NCBI GenBank assembly: GCA_965261185.1 | Contig: CBDHCN010000002.1 | Span: 2,623,602-2,687,601 of the forward strand | Length of the DNA: 64,000 bases | Source of the DNA: Candidatus Aldehydirespiratoraceae bacterium | GTDB taxonomy: Bacteria; Actinomycetota; Acidimicrobiia; Acidimicrobiales; Aldehydirespiratoraceae | Direction: 5' to 3' | The notes under the pieces: model-generated | Databases searched by the model: none | What the model saw: only the letters and a program-made list of their open reading frames with translations | What the model was told of the DNA's origin: nothing | Program-made: the position numbers and the translations under genes | In this document: piece after piece, positions 8,778 through 19,907 of the stretch | How positions within the stretch are numbered: the first letter of the stretch is position 1 | Layout: each line of letters begins with the position of its first letter

Positions 8778-11693
8778 ATGGAGTCCACAGCGATTGAGAG
8801 CGGAGTAGAAGGGATGGCCCGTGAACAGGAGTTTCGTCGCCGCTGGTACGAGGCACACTGTGCCCGCTTATTGGCGGATGAGGAGGGTTATGCGGAGATG
8901 ATCAACAAAATGGAGCAGTATCAAGCGGGTGCTCCCGAAGCGCTCGGTCTGCTCGCTGATCTCCGTCGGACATGTGATGTCGATGCGTTCATGAAACAGA
9001 TGCGAGTCTGGGCGGGGAGACCTGAGAATGCGTCTTTCAATGGGGTGGTGGGTCAGATGACGCTGAACTCCCTCAACAAACACAGCGACGAACCTCAGCA
9101 TCTCGCAGCTCTGCTCGGTGATTCGTTGACAGTCCCGGCGTCGGAGGACTAGGCCGAGCTCAAGATCAGAGCAGTGGTCGACTACATCAAGAACATTCGC
9201 GTGGGCTCTCATCCAAATCTCGGCTCTGTGCCGTTCCTCTTGTCGTATTTCTGGGCCCTTGCGGACCGCGATCGTTGGCCGATCATCTGGTCCTCTGCTC
9301 AGGATTATCTTGAGTATTCGACAGGGGAGAAACGACCTGTTGATCCGGCAGAGCGCTACCAGTGGTTCTTGGACCGGATCCGTGAACTCTCAACAGACAA
9401 CAACGAGTTTGAGATGACCACCGCTTGGTGGCACGTTGACGGGCAGGTATTCCTCGATGAGGTACTCGTGGATCGAGCAGCGCTCGGTTTTGATCAGCAA
9501 GTGCCGACCGAGGAGCGCCGAACCAACGCGCGAGCACTTGTGAGTATCGCAGACAATTGGGGATGGTGGTTTGTTGACGATGTCTCAGCCGCGCTCGGGC
9601 GCGAACTGAAAGCCAACAAGCCCCCACTCGAATGGAAGAAAGGCAATCCGCGAGGGGATCTTTGGGTGGACTGGTGGAGTAAGGAGGCACCGGGTCTTGG
9701 TATCCGCGTGTGGGTGACAAATCGAGGTGCAGCGGTCGCCTTGAGACCAGGATCGATCCGCAAGGGTTGGCGCAGCGAGGTCGCGCCTATCCTCGAGTCA
9801 GCCGACTATCCCGATTGTCGCGTGCTCGGTGGGTCGTCCTCGTTGATCGGCGAGGATGTTGGACTAGGCGGGAGGAACTGGGCGGAGTTCGTTTACGGAC
9901 GATGGTTCGAGCGGGAACAATTCGCCGAAGTCGACATTTGGGCGACGGTCGTTGAGGTTGCTGAACTCTTGAAGCCGCTGTACGACGAGTTGTTGAACCT
10001 GGCTGTAGGCGAACCACTCCCGGTCCCAGTTGGCCGTCCCAATTCAGATGATCCGCTGTTCCGGTTCGTCGAGGAGTATCGTGCGGAGAGCGGATATCCG
10101 ACTCCGGCCGATGAGAAGCACCTCTCGGAACGCCGACAATTCGCAGCGATGCTCGCCCCGGACGCGTTGTTCGACATAAGCGGCCTCCGTCGAATCTGGA
10201 ACACGGGTGCGTACGGCCGCCCAGGTCCGATGGCTGAACTGAACCGCTCATTCAATGCCGCGAGTGCCGATGAGAGCCAAGACATGTTCAACGCGATCCA
10301 GGACTTGTGTTGGGGAGAGGAACCGGACGCTGAGCGGATCGACCGCATGCTCAATGACGACGGTCTCCGCATCAGTGGACTCGGGGAATCGGTCATAATG
10401 AAACTTCTCGCGATCACGAGCCCTGAGACCTACATCCCGGTTTTTCCGTACGGCGGAGCCAAGGGGAAACAAGCAATGATCAGAGCTCTCGAACTGGACG
10501 CGCCGACGGGTTCGCCGGGGGAAATCCAGGTTTCCTCGAACCAGTCGATTCGGAATCGCCTTGAGAGGTTCTTCCCGGGTGACGCTTGGGGAATGTCGAG
10601 GTTTCTCTACTGGTATCTCGCACGACTCGAGGAACCGGAGACCGACTATGACCGCGATGTCCTAGGCGAACTTGCCGATGATCTGCTCATTGATCCGGCC
10701 TTTGTTCACAAGGTCGTCGATCTTCTAGAGACGAAGCGGCAAGTGGTCTTCTACGGTCCGCCCGGTACGGGCAAGACCTATTTTGCGCGCAAGTTGGCGG
10801 AGGCTCTGGCTCCGGACAGCAACCGTCGAGCGTTGGTGCAATTCCATCCGTCGAGTTCCTACGAGGACTTCTTTGAGGGTTACCGACCTGAACAGGGCAA
10901 GGGTGGCGAGTTGGTCTATCGGCTCAAGCCCGGCCCGTTGGCGCTCATGGCGGAGAAGGCGGCCGAGGCTCCAAGCCGAAAGCACCTGATGATCATCGAC
11001 GAGATCAACCGAGCCAACCTTCCGAAGGTTCTCGGAGAACTGCTCTTCCTGCTCGAGTACCGCGACGAGAGCGTGTCCCCCCTCTACCGTCCCGAAGACG
11101 AGTTCGAGCTGCCGAAGAACCTCTGGTTCATCGGAACCATGAACACGGCTGACCGCTCGATCGCGTTGGTCGACACCGCGCTGCGGCGGCGATTCCATTT
11201 CATTCATTTCTCACCCAACGAAGAACCGATTCAAGGGCTGCTTGATCGCTGGCTGGAAAAACATGGCGAACCGGCTTGGGTGGGGGAGTTGGTCGCCCAG
11301 GTCAACGATGAACTCGAAGAGGAGTTGGGGGGATCACACCTGTGTTTGGGACCCAGTTACTTCATGGAACGCAACCTCGACGAGGAAACCGTGCGGCGCA
11401 TATGGGAGTACGACATCAAGCCCTCCATCGAGGATCAGTTCTTCGGTGACCGCGACCTGATCAACAAGTTCCAGTTCGACCGTGTATACGAGCGCTATCT
11501 CGAGAGCTCCGGCAGAGGCGAAGGAACCGAAGACCAAATCGAGGCGGAGGAGCCTCTCGGGAAGCCTCCCGAAGCGACCGATGGATCCGATGCCGACGGT
11601 GACGCCGTTGCGGATGGCGGTTCTGATGGCGATGGCGGTTCCGTTGCGGATGGCGGTTCCGATGCTGATGGCGACGACGACGCGACTGGCTAG
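8778..11693 (+). CDS. mcrB: McrB-family AAA+ GTPase (type IV restriction), interrupted by one in-frame TAG at 9150-9152
   Basis: Walker A GPPGTGKT, 'VQFHPSSSYEDFFEGYRP', Walker B 'IIDEINRAN', McrB signature 'TMNTADRS', 'LRRRF'; ORFs 8778-9152 and 9174-11693 share a frame. Confidence 0.85.
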
Positions 11694-12943
11694 TGTCCGA
11701 TCCGATTGAGCTGGTCGAATACGGGTCGACGACGGGTCGACTCTCGGCCGGTGCCGCGAGGCGACTCAATGCGGTGGGGCGCGGAGCGGTCGCGGTTGCA
11801 CTGACTGACGAACCCGGCGTCTATTCGCTGACGGCTCAGAACATGGTGGGCACGCTCGTCGTCGACGATCTCCGAATCCTGATCCGTCCCAAGATCCGGC
11901 CCGAGAACCTTTTCCTTCTGCTCGAAGTAGGACTCCCATCCAAAGCGTGGCGACAGGAATCCTTCGAGTACACCACCAGCACGGACCTGTTGCCCTCGAT
12001 CATCGCGTTCTTCGCTCGAACACTCGCGAACACGCTCGCTCGGGGCTTGCTGCACTCGTACCGGCCCGAAGAAGAACGACTGGTAGCGCTGCGCGGACGA
12101 ATCGATGTGGCGTCCCAGTTTCGTCAGGCGGGTGTCCCATTGCCAGTGGCGTGCCGTTATGAAGAGTACACGCCCGACATTCTCGAGAACCGCTACGTGA
12201 AGGCAGCAGCCAGACTTGCGGTGCGCGTGCCGGGAGTCAAAGCCGAGGATCGTAGACGGTTGCTCCAACAGGTAGCCGCCCTTGAGGATGTGTCGGACGC
12301 CCCCGTCCGGGCCGATGACCTTGACCGGTTGCCGTTCACCAGGCTCAACGCCCACTATAAGCCGGCACTGCGCCTCGCCCGGCTCCTGCTGTCGAACCTG
12401 ACCCTGGTCGACCAGCGTGGCGATCGATCAGCGTCTTCGTTCCTTGTCGATATGAACCGGCTGTTCGAAGACTTCGTTACCCAGCGACTCCGCCGTGCGC
12501 TACGGGGCCGACTTGAAGTTCGGAGCCAGAGCCCCGTCCACCTCGGCGTGGGCCGGAAGGTCCCGATGCGCCCAGACCTTGTATTCCGTCAGCAGGGCAC
12601 AGACGTGTTGGTTGCCGACATCAAGTACAAACTGACCTCCGATGCGAGAGCCCGCGCGAACGACTACTACCAGCTTCTCGCCTACACGACTGCTCTCGAT
12701 CTACGCGAAGGCGTTCTTATCTACTGCCTCGCCGACGGTGGCCGCCCAGAACGTACCGTCGCAGTCCGCCACGCCGACAAACTCCTTCACACGCTCGCGA
12801 TCGACCTCTCAGGTCCACCCGACAGCGTGGACAATGCCATCAACGAGACGGCCGATTGGTTCGCGTACCGAGCGGGTTCTCTTGTCGGGACCCGACAGCG
12901 TGTTCCGGTCAAGAATCTCAGACTGGGAACTGCACCGCGGTGA
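11693..12943 (+). CDS. mcrC: McrC-family nuclease subunit
   Basis: overlaps mcrB stop; 'DMNRLFEDFV', 'RPDLV', 'DIKYK', 'DYYQLLAY'. Confidence 0.88.
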   Translation: MSDPIELVEYGSTTGRLSAGAARRLNAVGRGAVAVALTDEPGVYSLTAQNMVGTLVVDDLRILIRPKIRPENLFLLLEVGLPSKAWRQESFEYTTSTDLLPSIIAFFARTLANTLARGLLHSYRPEEERLVALRGRIDVASQFRQAGVPLPVACRYEEYTPDILENRYVKAAARLAVRVPGVKAEDRRRLLQQVAALEDVSDAPVRADDLDRLPFTRLNAHYKPALRLARLLLSNLTLVDQRGDRSASSFLVDMNRLFEDFVTQRLRRALRGRLEVRSQSPVHLGVGRKVPMRPDLVFRQQGTDVLVADIKYKLTSDARARANDYYQLLAYTTALDLREGVLIYCLADGGRPERTVAVRHADKLLHTLAIDLSGPPDSVDNAINETADWFAYRAGSLVGTRQRVPVKNLRLGTAPR

Positions 12944-12983
12944 GCGCCTCGGACGCGATCTGCACGGTGGCCGTGACCAAGGC

Positions 12984-13427
12984 TCAGGCTTGGACTGTGC
13001 GCACGCTCAACCCGAGTGTGCGTGCGGCGTCCATCAGCGCTTCATTGCGGTCGGCTTCGGCGAGGCATATCTCGGCGTCGATAACGCGTGCAGCGGCGAT
13101 TGCTTCCAGTGACAACAGGTTCAGCCGCAATCCTCCCGACAGCAGTTCAGCCATCGGCCACCCCAACGTGCGCAACGACACCATCTCGATGTCGGCTGGA
13201 AGTCGCACGACCGACGCGATTGCCGCTGAGGCCGCGGCAGGGGCCAGCCCGGACAGACGTCGTGACATTGAGCCGACCACCGTCGAGTCGGTCACCGCCC
13301 GGCACATTCGGTGATACCACAAACCCGTCGTCGCGATGCGGGAACCGCTCAGTCCAAGGGCCGTGGGTTCCCGGCCCAAGAGCACTGCCAGCAGCAAGTG
13401 GTCATCTACAACAACCGTGTTGCCCAC
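12984..13427 (-). CDS. PIN-domain (VapC-like) toxin
   Basis: N-terminal 'VVVDDHLLL', 'LNLLSLEAIAAA', directly downstream of AbrB-type gene. Confidence 0.65.
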   Translation of the reverse strand: MGNTVVVDDHLLLAVLLGREPTALGLSGSRIATTGLWYHRMCRAVTDSTVVGSMSRRLSGLAPAAASAAIASVVRLPADIEMVSLRTLGWPMAELLSGGLRLNLLSLEAIAAARVIDAEICLAEADRNEALMDAARTLGLSVRTVQA

Positions 13428-13433
13428 GGACGC

Positions 13434-13691
13434 TCACGCCAAATCGGGATCTTGGGCAGCGACGCCGGCGGCGAGTGCCGCGTAGCCGCCCGCTTCTTCG
13501 ATTGACTGGGCGAGCAGGCCGCGCAGCCCGTCGCCGGCTGCGGGGACGACCAGGACTGCAACACCAAGATCGGCGATCTCGACCGGTCCGCCGTCGGCAA
13601 GGTTCCATCGGCGACGGGTCTCCGCAGGGAGTGCTACCTGGCCCCGGTGCGAAACATGATGGCGGACAATCGTCACATCAACACCGTACAA
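13434..13691 (-). CDS. AbrB/MazE/SpoVT-family antitoxin
   Basis: 'VSHRGQVALPAETRRRWNLADGGPV'. Confidence 0.75.
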   Translation of the reverse strand: MYGVDVTIVRHHVSHRGQVALPAETRRRWNLADGGPVEIADLGVAVLVVPAAGDGLRGLLAQSIEEAGGYAALAAGVAAQDPDLA

Positions 13692-13800
13692 GACGAAAGC
13701 ACGCGATTACAAGTCGGACGCTTGGTTTCTTGCTAACGGCGTTAGCAGATAGGCGCCGTTGCCGCCACGGTAGCGCACACGCCCAGCTGACGGGATCTTC

Positions 13801-14724
13801 TCAGACGGGGAACTGGACGTTGGTGAGTTCCTCGGAGGCGGTCCATAACCTCTGCTGCGTCTGGGAGTTGTGGGAGCGGTCGCTGGAGGAGACCAGTACC
13901 GGGTTTCCTCTCGTCTCTTGAAATCCGTCGGGGCCGTAGTACTGCCCACCCTGTGAGGCGGGGTCAGTAGCTGCCCGCAGCGTCGGAAGGGCGCCCATCG
14001 CAGCGCTCTGGGCCATGACCTTCAACATCGGCTCGAACAACCTGCCCGCGGGAATATGGCGCCCGAGTTCGGTGTCTGACCCTCCCGGATGAGAAGCCAG
14101 AGCAGCGGTCTCGGCGCCCGCTGCCCGAAGTCGGCGCTCCAGCTCGTAGGAGAACAACAGATTCGCCAGCTTCGAGCGGCCGTAGGCAGCGACCCGGCTG
14201 TAACGCTGTTCGGCCTGAAGATCGTCGAAATCGATCTTCGAAAGAATGCGGTGACCGATGCTGCTGACCGTGACGACCCGCGACCCGGCCACACCCAACA
14301 TACGTTCCAAGACGAGACCGGTGAACGCGAAGTGACCCAGGTGGTTCGTGCCGAACTGCATCTCGAAGCCGTCCGCAGTCTTGAGCCGCGGCGTGTACAT
14401 GACCCCGGCGTTGTTGATGAGGAGGTCGATGCGCTCGAATCGCCTCCCTATCTCCGCAGCAGCACTGCGGATTGAATCCAGAGACGCCAGATCAAGTTCT
14501 TGCAACTCGAGGCTGGCATCGCCATGGTCAGCTCGGATGGTTTCGATTGCCTCTCGCCCCTTGTCCAGACTGCGCACGGCCAGCACAACCGACGCGCCGC
14601 TACCGGCCAAGCCTCGCGCTGTCTCGAGGCCGAGACCGGTGTTGGCTCCTGTCACGATCGCCACCCGGCCCGACTGGTCCGTGATGTCGTCAACAGTCCA
14701 TTTCGTCTCACTCATTGAGGTCAC
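13801..14724 (-). CDS. SDR family oxidoreductase (retinol dehydrogenase-like)
   Basis: TGANTGLG, NNAG, 'FGTNHLGHF', YGRSK catalytic motif, HPG. Confidence 0.92.
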   Translation of the reverse strand: MTSMSETKWTVDDITDQSGRVAIVTGANTGLGLETARGLAGSGASVVLAVRSLDKGREAIETIRADHGDASLELQELDLASLDSIRSAAAEIGRRFERIDLLINNAGVMYTPRLKTADGFEMQFGTNHLGHFAFTGLVLERMLGVAGSRVVTVSSIGHRILSKIDFDDLQAEQRYSRVAAYGRSKLANLLFSYELERRLRAAGAETAALASHPGGSDTELGRHIPAGRLFEPMLKVMAQSAAMGALPTLRAATDPASQGGQYYGPDGFQETRGNPVLVSSSDRSHNSQTQQRLWTASEELTNVQFPV

Positions 14725-14963
14725 CTCGTCGTTGGTCTGATGTGTTGGTTCGGTTGACTGTGCGGTCGGCGGCAGTGCGGAGCCCGCGTGCCTACCAGGG
14801 TTCTAACTACCCGGATTGCCGAGTTCTTGAGGGGCGGGTCCACGAGCGGGCGCGCCGGCTGTCAGGTCGGTTTCTAACCCGACGACCGCGGCTTGGAGTT
14901 GCTTCTCTGTGATCGTCTCCTCGGCTGCCTTGCGGGCCGGTGTTGGTGCCATATCTGTCCACT

Positions 14964-14998
14964 CTACGACGGCTGTAACGCCGTCACAGCCGTCGTAG
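14964..14998. repeat. perfect 13-bp inverted repeat (hairpin)
   Basis: CTACGACGGCTGT-9 nt-ACAGCCGTCGTAG. Confidence 0.7.
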
Positions 14999-15176
14999 GC
15001 GCCGTTTCAGCGTCCCCGCAGCACCCGAAACGGCGGTTACGGGCCGTAGAGAGGCGTTGTAACGGCTGTGGGGCGGTTCTGCGGTGCGGCCATGCCCGGA
15101 TATTGCCGTCAGAGCGCTGAGAGGGCGGTTCTAGGCGTTTTCAGCCGTTCTGTCGGTGGTTTGGCACAAAACGGAC

Positions 15177-16460
15177 CTACGGCGCTGTAGGCGTGCCCGA
15201 CGGCGCGTCAGTCTGCCCGTCGTGTTTGCCAAACCCGTCGGTGTTGTGGCCCCAGCAGGTGATCGTGCCGTCGCTGCGGACCGCGCACGAATGCGAGCCG
15301 CCGGCGGCAACGGCCTTGAACGTGCCCGACGGCGCAACGGCCGCCTGCCCGGTCCAGTTGTCGCCGCCCCAGCAGGCGATGGTGTCGTCGGTGCCGATAG
15401 CGCACGAATGCTCGTTGCCTGCGGAGACGGCCTTGAACGTGTCCGGTACAGGTGTCAACCCCGGCGCGTCAGACAGCCCGTAGCGGTTGTCGCCCCAGTA
15501 GGTGATCGTGTCGTCGGTACGCAGCCCGCACGAATGCCCGAAGCCTGCGGCGACAGTCTTGAACGTGCCCGTCGGCGCGTCGGTCTCCCCGTCGTCGTTG
15601 CTGCCCCAGCAGGTGATCGTGTCGTCGGTACGGACCGCGCACGAATGCGAGCCGCCTGCGGCGACAGTGTTGAACGTTCCCAACGGCGCGTCAGCCTGCC
15701 CGTCGCCGTTCCAGCCCCAGCAGACGATCTTGTCGTCGGTGCCGACCGCGCACGAATGAAAGCCGCCTGCGGAGACAGTCTTGAACGTCGCCGGTGTGCA
15801 GGTGGGGCTATCGGGATCAACCGTCACGGCCGGTTCACCCTGGTAGCGGTGCAGGAACGTCACCAACTGCCCGCGTGTCAGCCCGTCGTCGGGTGAGAAC
15901 GTCGTCTCAGTCGTGCCCGTGGTGATCTCTTCCTCAACCAGCCACGACACCGGCTGTTGCTGCCACGACGCCGCCACGTCGACGAACGGATGCGCCGCCG
16001 CCTGACGCTCACCGGCCAACCGCCACAAGAACGTCACCAACTGCCCGCGTGTCAGCCCGTCGTCGGGTGAGAACGTCGTCTCAGTCGTGCCGGTGGTGAT
16101 CTCTTCCTCAAGCAGCCACGACACCGGCTGTTGCTGACCCGGATCGGTCACGTCGGTGAACGAATGCGCAGCCGCGGAGGGTTGGCCCTCCATGTTCCAC
16201 AACCAGACCGCCAACTCACCGCGAGACACCAACCTGTCAGGCCCGAAGCAAGCACCGTCCAGACCGGTGATGCCGTCATCGACGGACCATTGCACCGGAT
16301 CGGTGAACCAACGATCGTCGTCGATGTCGCCGTAACCGGCCACAGCACCAGCCGACGACGCGGGCAACACCACCGCCGCCAACACCAAACCAACCAGCAG
16401 AACCCGCGCTTGTTTCAACACAGCAAGCGGTACTAACACCCACGGTTCGACCCGCCACAT
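15177..16460 (-). CDS. secreted SLH-domain + RCC1-like repeat protein
   Basis: signal peptide '...LPASSAGA', three SLH-like units ('ITTGTTETTFSPDDGLTRGQ'), five 'FKTVSAG..HSC...ITCWG' repeats; start uncertain. Confidence 0.82.
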   Translation of the reverse strand: MWRVEPWVLVPLAVLKQARVLLVGLVLAAVVLPASSAGAVAGYGDIDDDRWFTDPVQWSVDDGITGLDGACFGPDRLVSRGELAVWLWNMEGQPSAAAHSFTDVTDPGQQQPVSWLLEEEITTGTTETTFSPDDGLTRGQLVTFLWRLAGERQAAAHPFVDVAASWQQQPVSWLVEEEITTGTTETTFSPDDGLTRGQLVTFLHRYQGEPAVTVDPDSPTCTPATFKTVSAGGFHSCAVGTDDKIVCWGWNGDGQADAPLGTFNTVAAGGSHSCAVRTDDTITCWGSNDDGETDAPTGTFKTVAAGFGHSCGLRTDDTITYWGDNRYGLSDAPGLTPVPDTFKAVSAGNEHSCAIGTDDTIACWGGDNWTGQAAVAPSGTFKAVAAGGSHSCAVRSDGTITCWGHNTDGFGKHDGQTDAPSGTPTAP

Positions 16461-16629
16461 CGCTTCGATCCGGCTGGGGGTTTGCGCCACACGGCTCTGT
16501 TCTGGGCGCGCTATATGGCTCTGTATGCGAAGAAACGGGCGTCTGGGTAACCCGTTAGGTAACCGGAACCGGTTTCTGGCGTCTACCAGCTTGTATCGGT
16601 TGACTGTACGGGGATCGGCGCCGTGGCGA

Positions 16630-17226
16630 TCAACGCCGGCTGAAGTAGCGGACACCCACCAGCGAACCGATCATTCCGCCGGCACTTGACAGGGCCAGGT
16701 CGCCGACGGTGTCGTCGTAGGTCAACGAGAGTCCGCCTCCGGCACCGGTCTCAGCAACGATCCACTCGGCGATCTCCCAGCCGACGATGGCCAGCGCGCC
16801 GATTCCGGCTCCCAACAGCCAGGCGTCGGCTTTCGAGATGGCACTTGAGGCATCGGCTCGACGGAACCGCCAAGCGTGGAAGGCCGACACCAACAGCACC
16901 CAGTTCAACGTGTGAAGCACATCGTCGGTCACGGCGAAACTGTCGTAGAAACCCACGAGGTTGCCGAGCGTGTCAAGTAGGAACGGCAGAACGACTAGCA
17001 CGTCCGCTGTCGCAGGATAAGGCTCAAAGCGCCGCCGCCAAGCGATGGGAACGACCACGGCAGAAAGCATGAACAACGGGAAACGAAACCCCATGCCCTT
17101 GCCTTCGAGATGGTCCAGAGGAACTGTCAAGGCGACAATGAAAGCAAGCGCCAAAGCCACTTTCACGCCGATAGCCACACGAACCCCCCACGCGCCGCTG
17201 TCAAGGCGAGTTACTCCGCTGCTCAT
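16630..17226 (-). CDS. integral membrane protein (DUF2238-like)
   Basis: ~6 TM segments, 'DDVLH', 'WEIAEW', 'DDTVGDL'. Confidence 0.6.
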   Translation of the reverse strand: MSSGVTRLDSGAWGVRVAIGVKVALALAFIVALTVPLDHLEGKGMGFRFPLFMLSAVVVPIAWRRRFEPYPATADVLVVLPFLLDTLGNLVGFYDSFAVTDDVLHTLNWVLLVSAFHAWRFRRADASSAISKADAWLLGAGIGALAIVGWEIAEWIVAETGAGGGLSLTYDDTVGDLALSSAGGMIGSLVGVRYFSRR

Positions 17227-17257
17227 GAGTGTGACTCCCTTCCTGATCGCAGATCGC

Positions 17258-18352
17258 CTAAGCGAGTTTGGTGGCTATATCGCTAGCCGCCCGTAGTGCC
17301 GCGCCGTCGCTCGTCGTGTTCCACGATCCGGGGTGGACGCGTTGATTCTCTGCTTCGGCGAGCAGATCAGTGAGCAACCTCACTCGGTCAACTCCGATCG
17401 GGGACCACAGGTACAAGCCAAAAGCACCGGGGATCGGATTTATCTCGTTCAACAGGACCGTGCCGTCGCCGTCCCACAGGAAGTCCAGGCGTGGCGCGCC
17501 GCTGATCTGTAGTACCCCGGCAAGAGTCTCGGCGGCATCCTCGATAGTTGCTTTGATCGCAGAGGGTAGATCGGCGGGCAGTTCTCGAGGCGCAGACTCC
17601 ATCCCTTCAGCACCTGAGAGATACTTGGTGGCGTAGTCGTACACACCGTCGGCAAAGGGCCGTTCGATGGCCGACACCTGCAACTGCGGGAACCTGCGCA
17701 CCGCGATATTCAGGTCGATCCAGCCGTCGAGGTATGGCTGTACCACCAACCCCGAACGCGCCGAGGCGACCTGTGACAGCGTCTTGATCGTCGCAACATC
17801 GGTGACACCGACTTCGACGCCGATAGATGAGCCGCCGAATCTTGGCTTGACCGCCCACGGGGGATCAAACGAAGCAGCGAAGTCAGCGCCCTGTTCGTAT
17901 GGAACGGTTGGGATCGTGTCGATACCTACAGCATCGGCGATAGCCGTGGTTGCCAGTTTGTCCATTGAAACAGCACACGACCTGGCATTGGGCCCGGTAA
18001 CACGAATCCCGGCGAGACGAAGCAATGAATCCAAGCTGCCGTCCTCGCCCGGACCCCCGTGGCAACAGTTCAACACAACGCTGATATCGAGTGGTCGGCT
18101 CCGTCGGCGTCTTGGTTCGGCGAATCCACCGGGAATCGTGAAATCCAGGGGAGTGAAACCCGCCCGGTCGGGCCCAGCAAAGTCCTGGGCCTCTGCATCA
18201 GCGGGCACGCGTTCAAATCTCGCCTGTTTACTCCAGTAGATGAGGCTCGTATCCGTACCGGCATCGCGCAACAGGCGCGCCGCTTGCAGTCCGGTCAGAA
18301 TACTGATGTCGTGCTCTGGTGACAGCCCCCCGAATACAACTGCGACCTTCAA
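17258..18352 (-). CDS. ddl: D-alanine--D-alanine ligase-like ATP-grasp enzyme
   Basis: 'VVFGGLSPEHDISILTG', 'HGGPGEDG', 'MDK', 'KPRFGGSSIG', 'YDYATKY', 'NEINPIPG'. Confidence 0.85.
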   Translation of the reverse strand: MKVAVVFGGLSPEHDISILTGLQAARLLRDAGTDTSLIYWSKQARFERVPADAEAQDFAGPDRAGFTPLDFTIPGGFAEPRRRRSRPLDISVVLNCCHGGPGEDGSLDSLLRLAGIRVTGPNARSCAVSMDKLATTAIADAVGIDTIPTVPYEQGADFAASFDPPWAVKPRFGGSSIGVEVGVTDVATIKTLSQVASARSGLVVQPYLDGWIDLNIAVRRFPQLQVSAIERPFADGVYDYATKYLSGAEGMESAPRELPADLPSAIKATIEDAAETLAGVLQISGAPRLDFLWDGDGTVLLNEINPIPGAFGLYLWSPIGVDRVRLLTDLLAEAENQRVHPGSWNTTSDGAALRAASDIATKLA

Positions 18353-18368
18353 ATTGGCCTCCTAGGTC

Positions 18369-19907
18369 CTACGCATAGTGGTCGGGCAGATCGTTCTCCC
18401 AGAGAACACCGTCACCTGCGCTGAGATTGAGGCGAACCCATTCTCTCGCAGCGTCACGGTTCGAAACCTCGATCACGATACCGCCAACCAGAGTTGCACC
18501 ACGGCGAAGGGCGCTGCGGTTGGTCCGTCCGACGATGACGAGTTCGCAACCGGATTCGGCTACCAGCCTGGCGAACTCGGCGTTCTCAAGGTCTTGGAGT
18601 GACCCCAGTTCGATCATCCCGGGGGTGACAACCACCGATCGGCCAACGTCGCTGTGTTCCAATAGCGTGGCCAGCGCCTCTTTGGCACCCGCGGGGTTTG
18701 AGTTGAAGGTGTTGTCGATGATCGTGATACCCGAATCCGTAACCGAAACGCTCGCCCGGTGTTCACCTGTTTCGAGGTCCTCGATCAGCGCCGCTAGACG
18801 ACCAGAGGGCACGCCGGCCTGGACCGCGAGGGCCGCGGCCACCGCAACATTTGATCTTTGCACCGAGGGGTGAAGCGATCCGAGCGCATAAGACTCAGTG
18901 AAGTAGTCGAGGTGCAAACCCGCCCCGGTTTCTTGAACCGACACGCGAACATCGGCGACGCTGTCTCGACTACCCGAGCAGCGGATCACCCGATGAGTGT
19001 CTGCAATCCGTTCAGCCTGTTCGGCCAACTCCGGCGAGTCGACGCTGAGCACCACGGTCTTGGCGTGCTCGATTATCTCCATCTTCGCGGCGACGATCTT
19101 GTCGATAGACCCCATGCGTTCGAGGTGGACCGGCCCGATCGCGGTGATTGCTACGACCTCCGGTTTGATCCAGCGGCAGAGTCGCCGGATTTCGCCTTTG
19201 CCGTATGTGCCCATCTCGGCGATGAAGACCTCCGTGGATGAGGTGAGGTGTTCGTTGATCGCCCGCGACAATCCCGCTTGATTGTTCCACGACGAGGGTG
19301 AAGCGACGGTGGGTCGGACCGGGCTGACCAGGGACGCTAGATGCTCTTTGGTTGACGTTTTCCCGTAGGAGCCGGTGATCGCGACCACAAGTGGACGTAT
19401 TGCGCCGAGCCGCTCTTCGGCGCTGCGTTGGAAACGCTTTGCTAGTCGCGACTCCAAAGGAACGGCGACGGCCAAAGCGGCGTCAACCGTAACGAAACCG
19501 AACAGCGAGCAGATCGTCGCGGCCGACCAGGCGGTCGCAAAAACGCTGAGCAGCCACAACACGGCACCCCAAATGAGCACAGCCAGACCAACGGTAGTCT
19601 TCATGCGCCGTGTGAAACGCAGCTTGGAGGTCTTGCCGCGTAGAGGGAGCCCAATGGGAGTCACCGCCGCGATCACAACAACGGAAACGGTTGGCCAGAT
19701 CCGCCCTGAGCCCGTTGTCGGGATTGTGACGGCCGTACCAACCAACCCACCCAACACCAGCCCCATGTTGGGCACCGGGGTCGTCTCCAGCCAGCGAAAC
19801 AGCGTTGAGTTGACTGATCCCGGTAGGTAGTGCTCGCGTTGGGCAACCCGCCACCACTTCGGCATCCAGACCAACGCAGAGGCCACAGCAAGCAGAATTG
19901 GAATCAT
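18369..19907 (-). CDS. murF: MurF-like Mur ligase with N-terminal membrane segments
   Basis: 'AITGSYGKTSTKE', 'AEMG', 'HLER', 'IDNTFNSNP', 'TPGMIELG', C-terminal 'ENDLPDHY'. Confidence 0.8.
   Translation of the reverse strand: MIPILLAVASALVWMPKWWRVAQREHYLPGSVNSTLFRWLETTPVPNMGLVLGGLVGTAVTIPTTGSGRIWPTVSVVVIAAVTPIGLPLRGKTSKLRFTRRMKTTVGLAVLIWGAVLWLLSVFATAWSAATICSLFGFVTVDAALAVAVPLESRLAKRFQRSAEERLGAIRPLVVAITGSYGKTSTKEHLASLVSPVRPTVASPSSWNNQAGLSRAINEHLTSSTEVFIAEMGTYGKGEIRRLCRWIKPEVVAITAIGPVHLERMGSIDKIVAAKMEIIEHAKTVVLSVDSPELAEQAERIADTHRVIRCSGSRDSVADVRVSVQETGAGLHLDYFTESYALGSLHPSVQRSNVAVAAALAVQAGVPSGRLAALIEDLETGEHRASVSVTDSGITIIDNTFNSNPAGAKEALATLLEHSDVGRSVVVTPGMIELGSLQDLENAEFARLVAESGCELVIVGRTNRSALRRGATLVGGIVIEVSNRDAAREWVRLNLSAGDGVLWENDLPDHYA

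Noticed and set aside
9150-9152. Genome-wide TAG reassignment or pyrrolysine
   Set aside because: Many intact genes here end in TAG at the expected position (e.g. 1384, 11693, 36186); no pyl genes or tRNA(CUA) in the window
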